A stretch of 64,000 bases of DNA. Source: an uncultured Clostridia bacterium (lineage in GTDB: Bacteria; Bacillota; Clostridia; Oscillospirales; Oscillospiraceae). The DNA is taken from assembly GCA_945877515.1 (NCBI GenBank), contig CAMCSE010000001.1, positions 615-64,614 on the forward strand, read 5' to 3'. The notes under the pieces were generated by a model. That model had not been told where the DNA came from, did not search any database, and saw only the letters and a program-made list of their open reading frames with translations. Of the stretch, positions 58,041-64,000 are shown in pieces (the stretch's first letter is position 1; each line of letters opens with the position of its first letter). Made by a program: the position numbers and the translations under genes.

Positions 58041-58133
58041 CACACCTGCCTTTTGCAAAAGCCTCGCTGAGTCCGCGCCCGCAGGCGCGAACGAATCACA
58101 TCATTTTTCTGATGACATGTGCGCCAGCAAAGT

Positions 58134-58583
58134 TTACTTTTCCTCGACCACCAGCACATTGACGATACCGCTGATCTCATAGCCCAGCTTGGCCTTCACC
58201 TGATAGGTACCGTAGGATTTGATAGGCTCGTCAATGACCAGCTTCTTGCTGTCCACATCCATATCGTACTGGGCCTTCAGGGCATCGGCGATGGCGGCGC
58301 TGGTGACAGCGCCGAACAGCTTGCCCTCGGCGCCGCCCTTGGCGGCGATCTTCACCTGGCAGCCCTGCAGCTTTTCCGCAATGGCTTCGGCGGCAGCCTT
58401 GGCCTCCGCGTCTGCCTTGGCCTTGGCCTTGTCACGCAGCTTCATGGTGTTCACAGCGTCGGCAGTGGCAGGCACGGCCAACCCCTTGGGGATCAGATAG
58501 TTGCGGGCATAACCCTCGGCAGCCTCGATCATCTGGCCTTTCTTTCCCTTGCCGCGCACATCCTGCGTCAAAATAATCTTCAT
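58134..58583 (-). CDS. rplI: 50S ribosomal protein L9
   Basis: MKIILTQDV..G..G, GYARNYLIP, KLFGAVT. Confidence 0.97.
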   Translation of the reverse strand: MKIILTQDVRGKGKKGQMIEAAEGYARNYLIPKGLAVPATADAVNTMKLRDKAKAKADAEAKAAAEAIAEKLQGCQVKIAAKGGAEGKLFGAVTSAAIADALKAQYDMDVDSKKLVIDEPIKSYGTYQVKAKLGYEISGIVNVLVVEEK

Positions 58584-58640
58584 GGTCGTATCCTCCTATG
58601 TTACAGAATCTGTGATATCTATTCTCTATATGTCAATATG

Positions 58641-60635
58641 TCAATCCTCAAAATACTTATCAATGGCCGCCAGCAGCTTGGTCTTGGCTTCCGCCACGGT
58701 AATGCCCCGTGCCTGACCGCCTGCGGTGGTGGAATTGCCGCCGCCGCCCAGCGCCTCCAGGATCACCTGCACGTTTACCTCGCCCAGCGAACGGGCAGAC
58801 ATGTATACGCCGTCGTCCTTCCGGTACAGCACAAAGGAGGCCCGGATACCCCGGATGGTCAGCAGCTCGTCGGCCGCCTTGGCGGCGGTGACCCGATCAT
58901 AGGCCTCGTCGGCGGCTACTATGGCAATGTCGCCGTGATAGATCTCCGCCTGCCGCATAATGGCATAGCGGGTCACCATGGCGTCCAGATCGCTCTGGAA
59001 CATGCGCTGCACGTCCTGGGTGTCGGCGCCCACCCGCCGCAGGTAGGCCGCCGCTTCGAAGGTACGGCCTCCGGTGCGGTTGGTGAAATTCTTGGTATCC
59101 AGCACGATACCCGCCAGCAGCGCCTCCGCTTCGCACCGCAGCACGTCAGCGGGCTCCACCAGATACTGCATCAGCTCCGTGATCAGCTCGCTGGCAGAGC
59201 TGGCGTAGGGCTCGTGATAGTTCAGTGTCATCTTGTCAATATAGCTGCTGCCCCGGCGGTGATGGTCGATGACCGCCACCCGGGTACAGCTTTCCAACAG
59301 CGGCTCAGACTCCACACTGTCCGGCCGGTTGGTATCCACCACCACCAGAAGCGTATTCGGCTGGGCGTGGAGAAAGGCCGTGTCACCGGAAACGAATACG
59401 CCTGCGTATTCCGGCTGTTGCTGCAGGGAGCGCAATACAGGATGGGCGGCGTTATTCTCCATGTCGATGACGATCTGCGCCTTTTTGCCCAGCTTACGGC
59501 TGATGCAGCAGATACCGGCCGCCGCACCCAGTGAGTCCATATCGGCGTATTTGTGGCCCATGACGTAAATGTTGCGGGCGTCCTGGATCAGCTCCCGCAG
59601 GGCGTTGGCCATCACCCGGGACTTGACCTTGGTGCGCTTTTCCGTGGTTTTGGAGCGGCCACCGTAGAACTCGAAGTTGTTGCGGTCCTTCACCACCGCC
59701 TGATCGCCGCCGCGGCTCAGGGCCATCTCCAGCGCCAGATCGGCGTTTTTGAACAGCGCGTCAAAGCTGTCGCCGTCCCGGCCCAGACCGATGGACAGCG
59801 TGGCGTTGACTCCGCCGCTCTCGATGGTGCGCACTGTGTCCAGCACCTCAAACTTCTTTTCGGCAAAGACGGCAAAGTCCTTCTCCTCCATGACAAACAG
59901 ATACCGGTCCCGGTCATAGCCCAGCAGCAGGGCGCCGCTGCCGGCGCACCAGTCATTGAGCTTGCCCTCGATCTCCGCCAGCAGCGCCGAACGCTTGCTT
60001 TCCGGGCAGGCCTTCATCAGATCCTCATAATTGTCGATCATCAGAATGGCCACCGCCGGGCGGGTCATCTCCAGCGTCTGGCGCATCTGCTCGGACTCGG
60101 TAATATCCATCCAGTAGGTAGTGGCCAGCATACTGTGGTCGCCCTTCAGCTGGTCGGGATGGGTCAGCGCACCGTATACCCGGTAGGTGCGGTGGTTCCA
60201 CACCACAGGCTCCGGACATTCCCGCTTGCCTTCCAGCAGCCAGTGGACATCAAACCCCGGCACCACATTGTTTACCAGCGATTCAAACATTTTTTCCTTC
60301 AGTTCGGTTAACGCCAGAAAACGGTCGTTGCCCCACAGGACCTCGCCGGTGTTCAGATCAAACACCAGCATGGGCAGCGGCGCGTACAGCATGTTGCTGG
60401 AACGGGCAGTATCGATACCGCCGCTGACCCGATCCAGATACTGCCGCACACTGTGCTGGGCCATCCGGTTGCGCCGCACGCCCACATAGAGCACCAAGGC
60501 GGAGACCAATGCCTCAGCAACAGCCAGCAGCGGCGAAAAGGGAATCGTGGCCACCACAAAAGCCGTCAGGCATAAACCGTAGAGCATGATATTGGTGCGG
60601 AAGCCACGGATCAGTTTTTTACTCAAGGCGGACAC
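58641..60635 (-). CDS. gdpP: Cyclic-di-AMP phosphodiesterase GdpP (TM-PAS-degenerate GGDEF-DHH/DHHA1)
   Basis: IDNYED, RGGDQAV, GH..D.D, IDHHR, SARS, GGGG; upstream of rplI-dnaB as in Firmicutes. Confidence 0.9.
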   Translation of the reverse strand: MSALSKKLIRGFRTNIMLYGLCLTAFVVATIPFSPLLAVAEALVSALVLYVGVRRNRMAQHSVRQYLDRVSGGIDTARSSNMLYAPLPMLVFDLNTGEVLWGNDRFLALTELKEKMFESLVNNVVPGFDVHWLLEGKRECPEPVVWNHRTYRVYGALTHPDQLKGDHSMLATTYWMDITESEQMRQTLEMTRPAVAILMIDNYEDLMKACPESKRSALLAEIEGKLNDWCAGSGALLLGYDRDRYLFVMEEKDFAVFAEKKFEVLDTVRTIESGGVNATLSIGLGRDGDSFDALFKNADLALEMALSRGGDQAVVKDRNNFEFYGGRSKTTEKRTKVKSRVMANALRELIQDARNIYVMGHKYADMDSLGAAAGICCISRKLGKKAQIVIDMENNAAHPVLRSLQQQPEYAGVFVSGDTAFLHAQPNTLLVVVDTNRPDSVESEPLLESCTRVAVIDHHRRGSSYIDKMTLNYHEPYASSASELITELMQYLVEPADVLRCEAEALLAGIVLDTKNFTNRTGGRTFEAAAYLRRVGADTQDVQRMFQSDLDAMVTRYAIMRQAEIYHGDIAIVAADEAYDRVTAAKAADELLTIRGIRASFVLYRKDDGVYMSARSLGEVNVQVILEALGGGGNSTTAGGQARGITVAEAKTKLLAAIDKYFED

Positions 60636-61155
60636 CTCACTTCACAGATGGGAATACCACTCCAATTTACAATCATTATTGTATTATAGCACACCTCTTT
60701 GCTTATCTCAACAGCAAAAATATGATTTTGGGCGGGGGATAAGTCTGCGTGCTTTCTTGCGGCAGTCAGCCTCCGGCCGGCAAACATGCTGCCGCCGGCG
60801 AAGGGCGGCGAAAGACGGCGAAAAGTTGGGGGTGTACAAAAGGGGAAAAGTGTGCTATAATTTATGCACAACGCAGAATTTTTTGCGATTTTTTTGGTTG
60901 TTTCGCAAGGCGATGCGGCCTTGCGGTGATATAAAGACCGCCGTGCCGGCGGCGCAATATAGCACAATTCAACATACGGACATCCGGGGCGAACGCTCCG
61001 ATGCTCTCCGGCGATGCAGGGCCGGCAGGACATCGGGCCGCCTTTGTTTTGCTGCGAATTTTGCGGAAAACAGCCTTTTTCTGTGCGCCTATCCGTGCAT
61101 TTTCCCCGGAAACGCCGTATATCACACTTAATTTCCATACAGAAAAGGAGTTTTT

Positions 61156-62814
61156 ATGGCAGAAAAGTTTAAAATCATTCCCCTTGGCGGTCTCAACGAG
61201 ATCGGCAAGAACATGACCGCATATGAATACGGCGGTGAGATCATCGTGGTGGACTGCGGCATGGCATTCCCCGGTGACGATATGTACGGTATTGACTGCG
61301 TCATCCCCGACGTCAGCTATCTGGTGAAGAACCACAACCGGCTCCGGGGACTGTTTATCACCCACGGACATGAGGATCATATCGGCGCCATTCCCTACGT
61401 TCTCAAGCAGATCAATATGCCTATTTACTGCACCCGCCTGACTGCGGGCCTTATCAAGCTGAAGCTGCAGGAGCACGGGCTGCTGCAAACCACCAAGCTC
61501 ATCACGGTAGAGGCAGGGCAGACCATCCGGGCCGGAAAATTTCAGGTGGAGTTCATCCATGTGAACCACTCCATTGCCGACTCGGTGGCGTTCGCCATCC
61601 ACACCCGCATGGGCACGGTGGTGCACACCGGCGACTTCAAGATCGACTCCACCCCCATCGACGGGGAGGTCATCGACCTGGCCCGGTTCGGCCAGCTGGG
61701 CCGCGAGGGCGTTCTGGCGCTGCTGGCGGACTCCACCAATGTGGAGCGCCCCGGCTACACCATGAGCGAGAAGGCGGTGGGCAAGACCTTTGCCCGCCAG
61801 TTTTCCAACTGTGACAAGCGCATCATTGTCACCACCTTTGCCAGCAACGTCCACCGCATCCAGCAGGTGCTGGACGCCGCTGCCGCCTGCGGCCGCAAGG
61901 TGGCCGTCACCGGCCGCAGCATGGAGAACATCATGAAGGTATCCACCGAGCTGGGCTATATGAAGGTGCCCAAAAACACGATGATGGATATTCACAAGAT
62001 CAAGGGCCTGCCGCTGAACCAGCAGGTGATCGTCACCACCGGATCTCAGGGCGAGGAGATGAGCGCCCTGTACCGCATGGCCTTTTCCACCCACAAGCAG
62101 GTGGACATCGGCGCCGGCGACAAGGTGATCATCTCCGCCAGCGCCATCCCCGGCAACGAGGTGACGGTGGGACGGGTCATCAACGAGCTGTTCCGCAAGG
62201 GCGCAGACGTGGTGTATGACAAGGCGGACATGCTGCATGTGTCCGGCCACGCCTGTCAGGAGGAGCTGAAGATCATCCACGCCCTGACAAGGCCCAAGTT
62301 CTTCATCCCCCTCCACGGCGAGCAGCGAATGCTGCAGATCCACAAACGGGTGGCGGAGAGCATGGGTATGGCTCCCAATAACATCTGCGTGGCCGACAAC
62401 GGCAGCGTCATCGAACTGACCACCAAGCACATGAAATGCGAGACCACCGTTCCCGCCGGAGAGGTATTCGTGGATGGCGGCGGTGTGGGCGAAGTGGGCG
62501 CCGTGGTGCTCAACGACCGCAAAATCCTGGCCGAGGACGGCATGGTGGTGGTGGTACTGTCCATGTCCAGCCACGACCACCAGCTTTTGTGCGATCCCGA
62601 GATCGTCACCCGTGGCTTTGTCTATGTAAAGGAGAGCGAGGAGCTGCTGCAGGAGATGCGGAAGGTGGCCATGAAGGCTGTGGACAGCATGTCGGCCCGC
62701 CGCCGCAAGGATGACGGCGAGGTGTGCCGCACCGTAAAGTCCGCCGTCAGCAGCTACCTGTACAAGCAGACCAAGCGCAGCCCCATGATCATTCCCATGG
62801 TGACAAAGCTGTAA
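61156..62814 (+). CDS. rnj: Ribonuclease J
   Basis: PLGGLNEIGKNM, THGHEDHIG, NHSI, HTGDFK, DSTN, GSQGE, HVSGHA, PLHGE. Confidence 0.97.
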   Translation: MAEKFKIIPLGGLNEIGKNMTAYEYGGEIIVVDCGMAFPGDDMYGIDCVIPDVSYLVKNHNRLRGLFITHGHEDHIGAIPYVLKQINMPIYCTRLTAGLIKLKLQEHGLLQTTKLITVEAGQTIRAGKFQVEFIHVNHSIADSVAFAIHTRMGTVVHTGDFKIDSTPIDGEVIDLARFGQLGREGVLALLADSTNVERPGYTMSEKAVGKTFARQFSNCDKRIIVTTFASNVHRIQQVLDAAAACGRKVAVTGRSMENIMKVSTELGYMKVPKNTMMDIHKIKGLPLNQQVIVTTGSQGEEMSALYRMAFSTHKQVDIGAGDKVIISASAIPGNEVTVGRVINELFRKGADVVYDKADMLHVSGHACQEELKIIHALTRPKFFIPLHGEQRMLQIHKRVAESMGMAPNNICVADNGSVIELTTKHMKCETTVPAGEVFVDGGGVGEVGAVVLNDRKILAEDGMVVVVLSMSSHDHQLLCDPEIVTRGFVYVKESEELLQEMRKVAMKAVDSMSARRRKDDGEVCRTVKSAVSSYLYKQTKRSPMIIPMVTKL

Positions 62815-62854
62815 TGGGCAAAGGCTCTCGTCCCTGCCTGTAATATTTCTCCCT

Positions 62855-62900
62855 GCAACCGAAAGTTGCGCCATAGTTGGTGGCGGCAACAGACTGTTTC
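62855..62900. promoter_or_regulatory. Three tandem 15-bp palindromic operator-like boxes
   Basis: GCAAC-N5-GTTGC (62855), GCCAT-N5-GTGGC (62870), GCAAC-N5-GTTTC (62886). Confidence 0.55.
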
Positions 62901-62939
62901 CGGTAGGATTCTGCCATCAACAGAAAAGGAGATAGGAAG

Positions 62940-63299
62940 ATGGCATTTTCAGTAAGTATTCTGTTTTTTGGCGTGGTGTGGCTGGCGCTTCTGGCGCTGG
63001 TGGTGTATCTGGTAGTCCTGCTGATCCGGGCGCTGCGGAAATACCTGCGCAGCGGCGAGGTGCGGCAGGAGAACCGGACGGCGGTGGAATCGCTGGCCAA
63101 GGCCCTGAAGGGCCACCGGGAGCGGTGCCGCATGACACAGGAATTTGTGGCGGAGTCCATCGGCGTCAGCCGGCAGGCGGTTTCCAAATGGGAGACCGGC
63201 GCCGCCGACCCCAGCACCGCCAACCTGCTGGCACTGGCGAAGCTGTACGGCGTGTCGCCGGAGGAATTGCTGCGCAGCGCCCAAAGTGAAGATGCGTAA
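62940..63299 (+). CDS. XRE-family HTH regulator with N-terminal transmembrane helix
   Basis: Hydrophobic N-terminus, then MTQEFVAESIGVSRQAVSKWETG..DPST.NL..LA.LYGVS. Confidence 0.88.
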   Translation: MAFSVSILFFGVVWLALLALVVYLVVLLIRALRKYLRSGEVRQENRTAVESLAKALKGHRERCRMTQEFVAESIGVSRQAVSKWETGAADPSTANLLALAKLYGVSPEELLRSAQSEDA

Positions 63300-63331
63300 A
63301 AGAGGAAGAGACAGGCCGTCTCTTCCTCTTT
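63298..63331. terminator. Bidirectional terminator
   Basis: AAAAGAGGAAGAGAC..GTCTCTTCCTCTTTT. Confidence 0.85.
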
Positions 63332-63394
63332 TGATTTGGTTTGTACCGATCAGCCCCGGCGGGACAGGCTTTTGTCATGGGCCGTCCTCCTTTG

Positions 63395-63763
63395 TCATTC
63401 GCCGTATTTCCGACGGTACAGCAGGTTTCTGGCAGCCTTTTTGGCGTCGGGGACGTAGTCCTTGCCGTCGATGACCTTTTGGAGCTGCTTGTCGCTGTAA
63501 TTCTGGAAGGTGTGTTCAAATTTCTCAACAGGGGATAGGGCCTCCTGAAGCACCTGCTGCTTCTCATATTCCTCCATCGGGGACGGCAGGGCGAAGAAGG
63601 CCGCATAGCGGCAGCGGGGGCAGACGTATGTCTCCGTCTCCAGCGGCAGATCCGCCGTCATCAGCGGCGATGCCCGGAAAGCCAGATAGCCGGTGCGGTA
63701 GGGCGTCAGCTCGATCTCCGCGTCGCGGCAAATAGGACAAAGACGTTTGATCTCATTCGGCAT
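63395..63763 (-). CDS. Hypothetical protein with N-terminal zinc ribbon
   Basis: CPIC..CPRC; GAAAGGAG SD before ATG 63763. Confidence 0.72.
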   Translation of the reverse strand: MPNEIKRLCPICRDAEIELTPYRTGYLAFRASPLMTADLPLETETYVCPRCRYAAFFALPSPMEEYEKQQVLQEALSPVEKFEHTFQNYSDKQLQKVIDGKDYVPDAKKAARNLLYRRKYGE

Positions 63764-63799
63764 GGAGGAACTCCTTTCTTTGTTGTGTGTAATGTTTCG

Positions 63800-64000
63800 T
63801 GCTGCGGCGCGAGGACGGCCTCCGGCAGCCCACTTTTCCCAATAGCTGGAAAAGTGGGCAAAAGAGCCAGAAGAAACCAAAGGTTTCTTCACTTCCTTGC
63901 GCGCTATGTGTGGTACAAAATTGCAATTGCCTACCTCACGTTCACGGGACACATTCGATTTCGATTCGTTAAAAGAATCTCCTCTGCTCCTGCGCCGCTG
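63800..64000. repeat. Palindrome-rich extragenic element (MITE/REP-like), cut by window edge
   Basis: GCCCACTTTTCC/GGAAAAGTGGGC and GAAGAAACC/GGTTTCTTC hairpins in non-coding DNA. Confidence 0.35.

Overview
GC-rich chromosomal window from an anaerobic Clostridia-class bacterium; gene content and codon style suggest Oscillospiraceae (inference). The backbone holds a 2-oxoacid:ferredoxin oxidoreductase operon, lepA, a siroheme/sulfite-reductase-like locus, perR-rubrerythrin-rubredoxin, an EF-G paralog, rlmB, two ftsH genes, tRNA-Leu(TAG), fumC-malic enzyme, a liv operon, gdpP-rplI-dnaB-tilS-hpt-lepB-ftsH and rnj. An accessory island (~17.5-32.4 kb) has three parts: a left mosaic of truncated genes, a right mobile-element module (resolvase, SprT-like protease, RHH regulator), and between them an intact LysR-controlled operon. 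That operon encodes a BMP-type nucleoside ABC importer, an AtzB/8-oxoguanine-deaminase-like amidohydrolase and three paralogous VOC proteins (five VOC domains). It is the best candidate for an undescribed system, possibly modified-purine (N2-methylated guanosine) scavenging. Other highlights: a predicted cis-antisense RNA switch controlling the SprT-like gene (two copies), a hairpin array resembling a single-strand origin, two similar 5' leader hairpins on the convergent siroheme/sulfite operons, a CysG-CobA-HemD triple fusion, a C-GCAxxG-C-C/sulfite reductase fusion and a catalytically degenerate P-type ATPase-like protein. No CRISPR array or rRNA was seen. All family calls come from motif recognition by eye; no searches were run.
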